A stretch of 64,000 nucleotides of DNA from an uncultured Prevotellaceae bacterium. GTDB lineage: Bacteria; Bacteroidota; Bacteroidia; Bacteroidales; Bacteroidaceae. The DNA is taken from assembly GCA_900320585.1 (NCBI GenBank), contig ONSV01000020.1:1775-65774 (forward strand), read 5' to 3'. A program made the position numbers and the translations under genes. The notes beneath the pieces are model-generated. The model was not told the origin of the DNA, did no database searches, and worked only from the letters and a program-made list of their open reading frames with translations. Every line of letters begins with the position of its first letter. The first letter of the stretch is position 1. Shown here in pieces: positions 8,217-17,300 of this stretch.

Positions 8217-10352
8217 TTAGCGGTTCACGAACTTCTTGCCGTTCTTGATCAGGATACCCTTGGTGCTGGGCGATACGCGCTGGCCTGCAAGGTTGTAGAC
8301 CGGAGCGTTGGCATCGTCAACGGTGGTGGTCAGGTCGCTGATGGCATCAGCAAGCCAGCGTGGGTCGCCGGTCTGCTTGGCCAACTGCTCCTCACCCTTC
8401 GGGGTGAAGTCGCCATTGGCGGGATCGGTGAGCTGCGGATCCGACTGGATGGCAGTGCCGCTGTTGTCGTAGTTGCCAGTGTCCTCGGGAGCACCGTTGA
8501 ACCAGTAGGTGTTGTCCTCGAAGGTGGCAGTGGCCTGGTTGTCGCGTCCACCCAGATAGCGGCGGCAGATCTGTCCGTTTCCGCAGTCAACGAAGATATT
8601 CTTCTTCATCACCCAGAAGGAGGTGTTGCGTCCGGCGAAGCCGCTGTAGTTGCCCCACTGGCCTTCCTTGGCCACGTTGTAGAATGTGTTGTTCTCGTAG
8701 TTGATGCTATTGCCCTCTTCTTTGAATCCAGCGCGGTCGCAGCGGCCGGAGTTGTTGTAGCGCACGAAGTAGTCCTGGTCGGCACCCTTGTTGTAGAAGG
8801 TGCTGTTCTCCACGGTCAGGTTGTTGATGAAGCCCTGCTTGCTGAAGTCGAAGACGGTCTTCTTCGAGCTGGCGTTGAGCGACACCACGCAGTTGTCTAC
8901 CAACATGTTGTGTACGCAGTACTTCACGTTGTTGTCGTTGATGATCTGGCTCACATTGCTGAGGTTGCTGTTCGAGATTTCGATGTTCTCGATGATATAA
9001 TAACCGCCCTCGGCATTGATACTCGACTCAATAGGAGTCTCGTTGAGTTTGATGAGAGGCTCGCTGGTGGCGGCTGCATCGATGTCGACGTTCTTCAGCA
9101 CCAGGTTGGTGTTGGGTGAGAAGCAAGCTCCCATTTCCATGTTGATCTTGGCGTTGGCACCCTCCACACCGGCAATGGTGAGGTTCTTGCGCGAGATAGG
9201 AGCGTTCATGGTGTATACGCCTTTGGCATCGAGGTTGATCACCACCTCGCCACCGGTCTCAGAGGCGGCTGCCACAATCTCGTTCAGGTTGTTGCCCTGC
9301 GGGCCTGGCTCGTCGCCAGTGTTGAAGTCAAAGCCACCAAAGCCCACCTGCGAGCTGTCCTGGAACAGCCAATAGTTCTTGCCAGCCTCCACGTCGAAGG
9401 TAATCCAGCCCCAGAAGGCCTGGTTGCCGCCTGCGATGATGTAGGGACCATAGAGGGGGTCTTTCTCGGTGTAGATGATGGTGCCGTCGGGCTGCTCCTC
9501 AGCCACGCACTGCACAGCCCTGTGGATGGAGTCGATCTGCTCGGGGGTGAAGTAGACCTGGTACTGCTCCCAAACGGGATTGCCCTGGTTGTCGAGCTTC
9601 TGCTCACCGGTCTCGGGGTCGATGACGGGAGTGGTGGAGTTGGCGCGCTGGCCGTTGATGTAGCCCTCGGCCAGGTATTTCACGGCCTCCTTGGTAGCAT
9701 CGTCGATGACATAGGTGTGGCGGTTGCCCTTGTTGGCCCAAATCTGCACCTTCAGTTTGCCGCTCACCTTCGGGGTGAACTTGTAGTAGAGTCCTACGAG
9801 GGGCATCACCTGGCCGCCGGGCACGTAGTACTCATACTTGGCCCTGTACTTGCCGGTAGGAGTAGGACCATCGGGGCCTTCTTCGTACAGTTCCTCACAG
9901 AACATCTTCACGTAGGGGTTACCGGTTCCCATTGCAAAGTAGAGCTTGGTGCCCTGGCCGTCGTTGATGTCGAGCTTGTTGTTGCCGTTCTTCCATTGGA
10001 TGGGGTTCCATGAGCCTACCGAGGCAATCTCGTAGGTGTGGTTCTCCTCGCTGATTACGGCACCGGGAGTAAGGTCCTGGCCCAGGTTCAGGGTTGGGTC
10101 TTCAGGGTCTTTCTTGTCGGCGATGGTGGCGCCACCTACGGCCTCGAGGGTCATGTTGGTGGTGTTGATGGTGACAATCGACTTGCCATCGGCCACGTTG
10201 GTGGCATTGTTGTCGGCATCAATCACGGCGGCGAACTCGGGTGCCAACTTGATGTTGTCACCATCCAAGATGATAGCCTTGTAGCTTTCGGTTTGTGCAT
10301 TCACTCCCATGGTGATGAGAGCTGCTGCGATTAGAGTAAAGATTTTCTTCAT
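8217..10352 (-). CDS. Secreted protein with unknown N-terminal domain, DUF4957/DUF5123-like beta-helix and T9SS-type C-terminal domain
   Basis: SPI signal MKKIFTLIAAALITMGVNA-Q; C-terminal half aligns by eye with 6580..8028; tail DAISDL...PVYNLAGQRV...KGILIKNGKKFVNR. Confidence 0.8.
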   Translation of the reverse strand: MKKIFTLIAAALITMGVNAQTESYKAIILDGDNIKLAPEFAAVIDADNNATNVADGKSIVTINTTNMTLEAVGGATIADKKDPEDPTLNLGQDLTPGAVISEENHTYEIASVGSWNPIQWKNGNNKLDINDGQGTKLYFAMGTGNPYVKMFCEELYEEGPDGPTPTGKYRAKYEYYVPGGQVMPLVGLYYKFTPKVSGKLKVQIWANKGNRHTYVIDDATKEAVKYLAEGYINGQRANSTTPVIDPETGEQKLDNQGNPVWEQYQVYFTPEQIDSIHRAVQCVAEEQPDGTIIYTEKDPLYGPYIIAGGNQAFWGWITFDVEAGKNYWLFQDSSQVGFGGFDFNTGDEPGPQGNNLNEIVAAASETGGEVVINLDAKGVYTMNAPISRKNLTIAGVEGANAKINMEMGACFSPNTNLVLKNVDIDAAATSEPLIKLNETPIESSINAEGGYYIIENIEISNSNLSNVSQIINDNNVKYCVHNMLVDNCVVSLNASSKKTVFDFSKQGFINNLTVENSTFYNKGADQDYFVRYNNSGRCDRAGFKEEGNSINYENNTFYNVAKEGQWGNYSGFAGRNTSFWVMKKNIFVDCGNGQICRRYLGGRDNQATATFEDNTYWFNGAPEDTGNYDNSGTAIQSDPQLTDPANGDFTPKGEEQLAKQTGDPRWLADAISDLTTTVDDANAPVYNLAGQRVSPSTKGILIKNGKKFVNR

Positions 10353-10448
10353 GCTGTTATGGATTTGGATTAGTAATTATTTGTAGTTGCTTGTCGAGAG
10401 GGTAGTACCTGATTTCTTATTTCAAAAGTACATGCTTTTTGGCGGAGC

Positions 10449-10456
10449 CAAAGTTA
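10449..10456 (-). promoter_or_regulatory. Bacteroidota sigma-A -7 element TAACTTTG
   Basis: Matches TAnnTTTG on the minus strand, about 100 bp upstream of ATG 10352, in an AT-rich divergent gap. Confidence 0.55.
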
Positions 10457-10584
10457 AATCTTTTTTATCCAATATTTTATAGGATGTCGTTGTTTTTATA
10501 AATAATTAACGCACAACAACGCAAAATGTAACAATTACAATGTGGAAAAAAGTCCTTGATGGTGGTATTTTCAAAATAATGCGC

Positions 10585-10592
10585 TATTTTTG
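10585..10592 (+). promoter_or_regulatory. Bacteroidota sigma-A -7 element TATTTTTG
   Basis: Matches TAnnTTTG, 25 bp before ATG 10618, which supports that start. Confidence 0.55.
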
Positions 10593-10617
10593 CAAAAACA
10601 CTTATCTCTTTCAAACG

Positions 10618-13600
10618 ATGAAGACACTTCTCAGAAACCTTTCTTTGGCTTCACTTGCCATTTTCCTTGCCTTGCAGGTCCGGGCACAAGCCGTGTACGA
10701 TGTCACCCAGGCCTATCTCGACAATTCGGGCTTCGACAGCGATTTCGACTATACCATCGACGACACCGGAAATGTGGCGCAGGAAATACTCGACGTAAAA
10801 GGATGGACAAAGAATATCAGTGTCAATTACACCATCACCGGTGTTTACCAACTGGGAACGCCAAAAACCTTCAATGGCGTCGCTGTGCCGGCAACCGGAC
10901 AGGATGGCACCTCGGAGGGTGGCGTGCTGGCACTGAGCACGGGGTGGAACCAGTCGATGCTTTTCTACCAGGACGTGACACTTCCTCCCGGCCAGTATGC
11001 CTTGGTCTCCGCTTGGTATAACTGCGCCGAGAAAACCCAGGGCAGGAGCAGGGTGGGGTGGCGGCCCAAAGGGCATGCCATGAACTATTCCGCCCTCGCC
11101 TCTTTTCCCGTAGCGCAGTGGATAACCGACACCGTTTATTTCGAGGTGACCGATACGGAGGAGGGAATGATACAAATCGGATTCCATGCCAATGGCGATG
11201 TGGGGTCGAATGCCTTTGCCAAACCCGTGCTCGACTTCGTGAAACTGATGCGTGACACACCCCTGGGAAAAGCCGATGCCGACATCTACAAGAACCGGCT
11301 GCAGGCACTGGTCGACCAGGCCCTTGAACTCTATGCCGATGGGAGTGGGAGCCATTCCGACGACTTGTTGCTCGCCATTCAGGCAGCACAGGCGGTGCTC
11401 TACAACGACGAGGCCACTTTCGAACAAGTGGAGGAGGCTATGGCGGCGCTCTCCTCGGCGATGGATGCTTTTTTGTGGGACAATCCCACAGGGCCCGTTC
11501 CTGTGGTGGTGACCGATTCGCGGTATGCCCGAGGGGCAACCATGGCTTTCGGAAGGATGAGCCTCTCCGGTGTTCCGGCCAGCGAGATTGTCGAACAGGG
11601 CTTCTGCTGGAGCGAACATCCCGATGTGACCTTCCACGACCATGTCACCTCACGCATCCTGAGCAACAACGGCGATATCTACTGGCTGGAGAACCTGAAA
11701 CCCGCCACGCTCTACTACATGAGGGCTTATGCCGTGACGAAGGGAAGGCAGGTGGGCTATGGCGACGTGATACGTTTCTATACCCTGCCAAAGGGACAGA
11801 TCTCTTTCCATATCCGACCCAGCAGTGATGCCGATGCCGACAAGCGGATAACGGATGCCGCCCAGACCGCCGTCGACTGGTGGAACAACCTCACCGAGAT
11901 GAAGAACTTCTCTACGAATATCGGATACAACCCCGGCACGCCCACCGCCGAATGCTCCTATGGCGGATGGATGAGCGTCGGGTCCAACACGTCGTATCAA
12001 AGGCCCGGAACCATCATGCACGAGATGCTGCATGGGGTAGGGGTTATACCCTGGGCCGACACGGAGTGGAGCCGTTTCAACCTGCGCTCGGGAACATCCG
12101 ACGCGGCGGGATTCACCACGGGCTCTGGATACTGGCTGGGTGACAGGGTGACCGAGGTGCTCAGGTTCCTCGACAACAGCAATACCGAGCGGCTCAATGG
12201 CGACTACCAGCACATGTGGCCCTATGGCATCAACGGCGCGCACGAGGACAACGGGAGCGACATCCTCTATATCGGCAATGCCCTGGTGTGCCAGGCATTG
12301 GGCGAGGATGGACTTCAGCATACCAGCCAGTGCTTTGCCGAACCCTATTATGCCTTCGACTGCCAGGTCGACACGAAATACTACATCAAGTGCGAGGATG
12401 CGGAACGCGGACTATATACGTCGTATCTGATGCAGGCGGGCGACAATACCCTGGTGTGGAGGACGATGACCGACGATGAGGCCGTGGCCAACGACAGCGT
12501 GGCATGGCTCATCTCGTTCACGCCCGATAACCAGTACTACCAACTGCGTAACGCCGCTACCAACCAGTATCTCTCGTATAGGGCCAATGGGTTCAGAACC
12601 TTCGACACTGCCGCCCCCACGGCACTGGAGAATTTCCAGCTGATGCGCGGACGCTTGGATGCGGGCAATACCGGGAAGAGGGGATATTGGCTCATTCGTC
12701 CCACCTCGAGTTGGACGCCACCATGCCTCCAGGCCGAGGCCAACGGCGCGGTCGTTGCCAGGACTTTCGACATCTCGAACGATGCCACGAGCCAGCGATG
12801 GCTCATCCTCTCACACGATGAGCTGGAGGGCATTTCCGAGGGCATGCTGCTGGCCTTGAAGGAAAAGGCGGCAATGTGGCTCGAGCGGATCAAGGCTTTG
12901 GTGGCCGTGCCCCACACAGAGGATGTGAGTGGTGCCGACGACACCATCCTGGCCTTGATGGCCGATATGGAGTCTTGCCTGCAGCATGCCGTCTCCACCA
13001 CCGAGGTGCAGGCGCTTCTCGACGGAGCCGAGGAGGCAATCTTCCAATTCCTCTGCCAAGTGACCCCAACCGATGTGGAACAGCCTTTCGACCTTACCTT
13101 CATGGTGACGAACCCGGGGATGGATGCCACTGAGGGGTGGTCGCTGTCGCCCACGGTCAATTATTCGTGTGCTGAGTTCTATGAGCGCATGTTCGACTTC
13201 TATCAGACCATTACCAACCTGCCTGCCGGAACCTATCAGTGGCGGGCAAAGGCCTTCCAACGGCCAGGACGCGCCAGCGAATGCAGCGGCCGGACTGTCA
13301 CGGCCTTCTTGTATGCCGGAACCAAGAGCGCGCGCGTGGCACATGTCATGGATGGCGCGCAGCAAAGCAAACAGGGGGGCAATGAGTCGTATGTCTCTGG
13401 AGTATACATCCCCAACGACATGCAGGCGGCCAGTATCTACTTCGGAAAGGGATTGTACGAGAGCCGTGTCACTTCCACTGTCGATGCCGATGGTGGAAAA
13501 CTCAAGGTGGGCATCATCAGCAATTCGATGGACAGCTTCTACTGGGTCATCTTCGACGATTTCCGCCTTTGTTATTTCGGGTCGCTCTCGCCCGAGGTGG

Positions 13601-13761
13601 TAGACGGCATCCGGAAGATAGGCACCGACGAACAGCTTCCAGTCCGCAGAGGGGTGTATTCACTCGACGGCCGGAAACTGCTGCCAGATGCCAGAATGCT
13701 GGAAAACCTTCCCCGCGGACTGTATCTTGTCGACGGAAAGCTGAGGGTGGCAGGAAAATAG
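10618..13761 (+). CDS. Secreted multidomain protein: CBM-like modules, FIVAR-like helices, FN3, HExxH zincin-like domain, beta-trefoil-like region, T9SS-type CTD
   Basis: Signal MKTLLRNLSLASLAIFLALQVRA-Q; FN3 (LENLKPATLYYMRAYA); PGTPTAECSYGGWMSVG...GTIMHEMLHGVG (HEMLH at 12019-12033); tail VYSLDGRKL...PRGLYLVDGKLRV. Confidence 0.75.
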   Translation: MKTLLRNLSLASLAIFLALQVRAQAVYDVTQAYLDNSGFDSDFDYTIDDTGNVAQEILDVKGWTKNISVNYTITGVYQLGTPKTFNGVAVPATGQDGTSEGGVLALSTGWNQSMLFYQDVTLPPGQYALVSAWYNCAEKTQGRSRVGWRPKGHAMNYSALASFPVAQWITDTVYFEVTDTEEGMIQIGFHANGDVGSNAFAKPVLDFVKLMRDTPLGKADADIYKNRLQALVDQALELYADGSGSHSDDLLLAIQAAQAVLYNDEATFEQVEEAMAALSSAMDAFLWDNPTGPVPVVVTDSRYARGATMAFGRMSLSGVPASEIVEQGFCWSEHPDVTFHDHVTSRILSNNGDIYWLENLKPATLYYMRAYAVTKGRQVGYGDVIRFYTLPKGQISFHIRPSSDADADKRITDAAQTAVDWWNNLTEMKNFSTNIGYNPGTPTAECSYGGWMSVGSNTSYQRPGTIMHEMLHGVGVIPWADTEWSRFNLRSGTSDAAGFTTGSGYWLGDRVTEVLRFLDNSNTERLNGDYQHMWPYGINGAHEDNGSDILYIGNALVCQALGEDGLQHTSQCFAEPYYAFDCQVDTKYYIKCEDAERGLYTSYLMQAGDNTLVWRTMTDDEAVANDSVAWLISFTPDNQYYQLRNAATNQYLSYRANGFRTFDTAAPTALENFQLMRGRLDAGNTGKRGYWLIRPTSSWTPPCLQAEANGAVVARTFDISNDATSQRWLILSHDELEGISEGMLLALKEKAAMWLERIKALVAVPHTEDVSGADDTILALMADMESCLQHAVSTTEVQALLDGAEEAIFQFLCQVTPTDVEQPFDLTFMVTNPGMDATEGWSLSPTVNYSCAEFYERMFDFYQTITNLPAGTYQWRAKAFQRPGRASECSGRTVTAFLYAGTKSARVAHVMDGAQQSKQGGNESYVSGVYIPNDMQAASIYFGKGLYESRVTSTVDADGGKLKVGIISNSMDSFYWVIFDDFRLCYFGSLSPEVVDGIRKIGTDEQLPVRRGVYSLDGRKLLPDARMLENLPRGLYLVDGKLRVAGK

Positions 13762-13767
13762 GAGAAT

Positions 13768-14164
13768 GTGCTAAAATGGTATGTGTTCGCTGTAGGAGGG
13801 TGTTTCAAAATAGGCCAGTATTCGCTGTAGATGATGCTGTGTCAAAATAGGAAGGAGCTTGCTGTAGATTGCTCTCCCCCGGGAACGGGGGAGCCAGGAG
13901 GGGGTCAAAGCGTGCTGCGTCCGCCCGAAGAATACCCCAAGAAGAATGCCCCCGATCGCTGTAGGGACGCAGCATGCTGCGTCCGCCCGAAGAATGTTCC
14001 AATAAAAATGCCTCAATTACATAAAAAGTGGCATTTTTGCTCAGCTAAACCGCTGGCGGACGCAGCATGCTGCGTCCCTACAGTGTGCACCAACCATTCT
14101 TCATCGGTCATATTTATTTTGACACACCATCATCTACAGCGAGCTCCTGCCCATTTTGACACAT
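13768..14164. repeat. Degenerate GTGTCAAAAT...CGCTGTAG units: about three tandem copies (13768-13867) and an inverted copy (14115-14164)
   Basis: cgctgtagatgatgctgtgtcaaaata (13823-13849) is the reverse complement of tattttgacacaccatcatctacagcg (14115-14141) with one mismatch; similarity extends outward. Confidence 0.7.
13959..14083. repeat. GTAG-type REP doublet (REPIN-like)
   Basis: CTGTAGGGACGCAGCATGCTGCGTCCGCC (13959-13987) and its exact reverse complement (14055-14083), 67-bp spacer. Each copy holds the 20-bp palindrome GGACGCAGCATGCTGCGTCC. Partial third copy at 13909-13933. Confidence 0.8.
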
Positions 14165-14174
14165 CTTTGTTACA

Positions 14175-14323
14175 GAAGTTCAGGAGTTCAGACAATAGCC
14201 CGAAAGTTGCAGGAGTTCAGACAATAGTCCGAATTCGCCACGTCAGGCTCAATGGCTGTTTGCTATGGTAATGTCTGAACTTCTGAACTCCTGAATTTCT
14301 GAACTTCCGAACTCCTGAATTTC
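14175..14323. repeat. CTGAACTC-type 8-mer repeat element in both orientations
   Basis: (G)AAGTT(G)CAGGAGTTCAGACAATAG twice at 14175-14230, then inverted GCTATGGTAATGT plus six 8-bp units (14275-14322) with a 24-bp higher-order period. Confidence 0.8.
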
Positions 14324-14328
14324 AATAT

Positions 14329-17300
14329 TCAGTCTCTCAATATCACTTTTCTCATGACACCGTCTCGCTCCTGGATGTAAAGGCCGGGAGCGTGACGCTC
14401 GCCCTTGTGAACACGCCGTCCGTCGGGGCGGTACAAGCCATCGCGGTGGGGATGGTGGACTTTGGGACTGCTGATGCCGTCGGCAATATCCTGCCATGGG
14501 GTCTCCGAGATGGTAAGGGTTGGCCCATCGTAGGAGTCGAGCACCTCCATCCCATCCTTGCTGGTGATGAGGGCCGTGTAGCTGCTGATGCGCTGGCGGT
14601 GGCCAGAGGTGACCAGATAGAAGCCGTTGCCCACCATCACATAGTTGCCCACGTTGGTGCGGGAGTTGGTCCTCAGGTATCCGCGCAGGTTGTTGGCGCC
14701 AGGAGTGGGCTCTTCTACAGCCTCACCGGTTTCATAGAACACGACGTCGCTTTTCTCGGTATAGTAGATATAGGGTACGCCCGCCTCCATCCTGTCCACT
14801 TCCTCCAGGCAAATCTTGGTGGAGTCGGCAAGCAGTCCCGCTATGCGGTAAACCTTCATGCTGTCGGATGCGGTGGCGGCATAGGGCAGGCAGATGGTGC
14901 CGTAAGAAAAACGCTCCGCCTGCCTGCGGTAAAGCGGGCTGTGAAGCAGGCGGAATCCGGTGGCACACCAACTGCCCTCTCTGAGGTCGTTCGCCGACGA
15001 GGGGTTGGCGTACTCCAGCCAGGTGCCATCCTCGGCACCCGCCTTCGAACCCACGAATCCTACTTCCACCGCATCGTCGTCGTTGATGTACACGGGGATG
15101 GTGGTCATGGTCTGCCACACCTGGTCATCGGGCACGGTGGGCAGGTCCTGACGGTCGAGCCGGAGATTGCTGGTGGTCAATGTGTCGCCGGAAACCACCA
15201 GGTATCCATGCTGGTCGGACAGACAGTTGTGCTCCGTGGCAGCGGCGCACTGCAGCACATAGATGCCATGGGTGAGTGTGGATGTCAGCGTCTGTCTCAC
15301 TTGCATCGTGGCCGCTTTCCCCTCAGTGGCACTGAGGTCGCTCCATCGTGCCAGCCAGCAGCTGCGCCCGTTTTTCGTGGTGGGGTATTGCACCCCCTGC
15401 GTGTAGGTGCCGCAGCGCAACGTCCAGCCTTCGGTACCGTCAAAATCGGGCGATTTGATATGGTCTGTTTCCAAAAGGGGCAGGTATTCCTGCCATGCGC
15501 TGCGCAGATGGACAAGCGCCTGACTGTAGTCAGTGCTGTTTCGCGCCTCGTCGGCAGCCTGTCGCAACTGTCCTGCGCCAGGCAGGGCAAAGGCGAGTCC
15601 CTTGTCCACCGTGAGCAGCAACTCGTCGAGCGATGGCTTGTCGCGCATGCCTTCCAGCACGCGGGATATCTCGTCGTTGAGCAATTTCAGGTCGTCGTTC
15701 TTCGGCTCGGTAAGGGCGCTCACATGGTCGATGGTCTCCTGTAGGCGGGTGTTCAGCGTTGGTGCGATGGTGTTGTATGCCATCACGGCTTGCGCCCTTT
15801 TGAGCGAGGCACTGATGCCGTCGGCGATGGCCTCCTCACGGGTGTTGAACAGACGGCAGAGGGTGAGGTTGGCAAACTGCGACTGTGCCCCGAGCCAGCG
15901 GAAGGCAAGAATGGCTTGGCTGTTGCTGCCCGACTGGAACATCGTGAAATGGTGCGTCCAGTCGGTCGACTTGTCCAGACGCTTGATGACATTTCCCTCG
16001 GTGATGCCGTCGCTGGTGAAACTGATGCGCTGGTAGCTGCCGCCATTGCCCCGGCTGTGGGCAGAGAAATAATAGGTCTGTCCAGGAACGATGTCAATCC
16101 GCTTGCGCAGCGAACCGGCCTGGTCGGCTGCCATGTTGGTCCACGATTGCAGGTATGGCCCTCCCAAAGGCCCGCCAACCGCCGATGTCGAGAAATAGGG
16201 CTTGCGGAGGTCTTGCCCGCTCCCGTCTTGCCAGTCGGTGGTTCCCAGGGCGAAATCGCCATTCGCGAAGAGGTTGCCGCCCACGTACATCACTTCTCCC
16301 GACACGTTGATGGCATCGCCGGCTTCCACCTCATCGGGCATGGCTGTCAGCTCGGGGCTGTAGAGATGGTCGCCCTTATAGTCTACAAGATGTATGCGGT
16401 AGGTGTGGCCGTCGTTGGAGTCGTCGTCCTCATAGGTGTATGAGCCGGGATCTTCGCCGAACGGAATGCTGCCCACAGTTTCCCATTCTCCACCCGGGGT
16501 CTTGCGCTCAACGGTCATCAGCTGGTTGAACTCCCCATTGCTGTCGCTCCACGTGAGCGTGGCGTGGTGTGTGGTCTTGTCGTAGCTCACGCGGAAGGCA
16601 GTGGGCACCGAGGTCCGTGGGTTGGTGGGCACAAACTCGTAGTGCCCGTTGTAGCCTAATCCGGTGTCCATGTCGGCATAATACTCGCCGGCAGGGGTGA
16701 GCGTGCCGTTGCTCAGGTACAGTTTCGAGCAGTTGGCCTCGCTGTTCCAGTAGAAATAGCGCTCGATGTAGTCCCAAGAGTTCAGTTTGGAGCAGATGTT
16801 CTTGACGGCGTTCTTGTTCTGCTGAAGCTGGCTCTCGGTGGGATTGTCGCGGTAGCTGCCCGTGGCAATTCCGAAAATGCCGTTGTTGTTCCATGAGGCA
16901 CCCCAAACCCATTCCGAAATCCACACCGGACGGTGGTGGCGGTCTACCCAGTTGCCCTTGATGGTGTTGAAACTGCCCTCCGGCCAATAACAGTGCAGGT
17001 CGATGATGTCGCAGCGCCAGCCTCGGGCATCGATGGAGTCGAGAAAATCGTGAAGATGGTACAGGCTGCCATCGTGGGAGGAGGGCGAGCAAAGGCGCAT
17101 GCCAGTGGCCATCAGGTTCTCCCAGTTGGCCAGTATCTCGTTCACCGTCTGGGGATGGTCGTCGACGGAGTTGCCGGGCTCGTTGTTGGTCTTCATGTGC
17201 GGCGAATAAGACACGCTGCCGCACGAACTGGCCGAGGGCCAGTCTTCATAGATATGGTGCGGCACGCACTCGCAGTCGGGCCGGCGGTCCTCTCCCAGTC

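Noticed and set aside
13768-13867. Possible CRISPR array in the ~35-bp periodic units here and at 57531-57608
   Set aside because: Units are adjacent and degenerate, with no unique spacers and no cas genes.
13771-14497. Short ORFs across the repeat region (13831..14271, 13771..14016, 14249..14497)
   Set aside because: They are translations of the repeats (DAACCV, IQEFGSS) with no independent coding signal.
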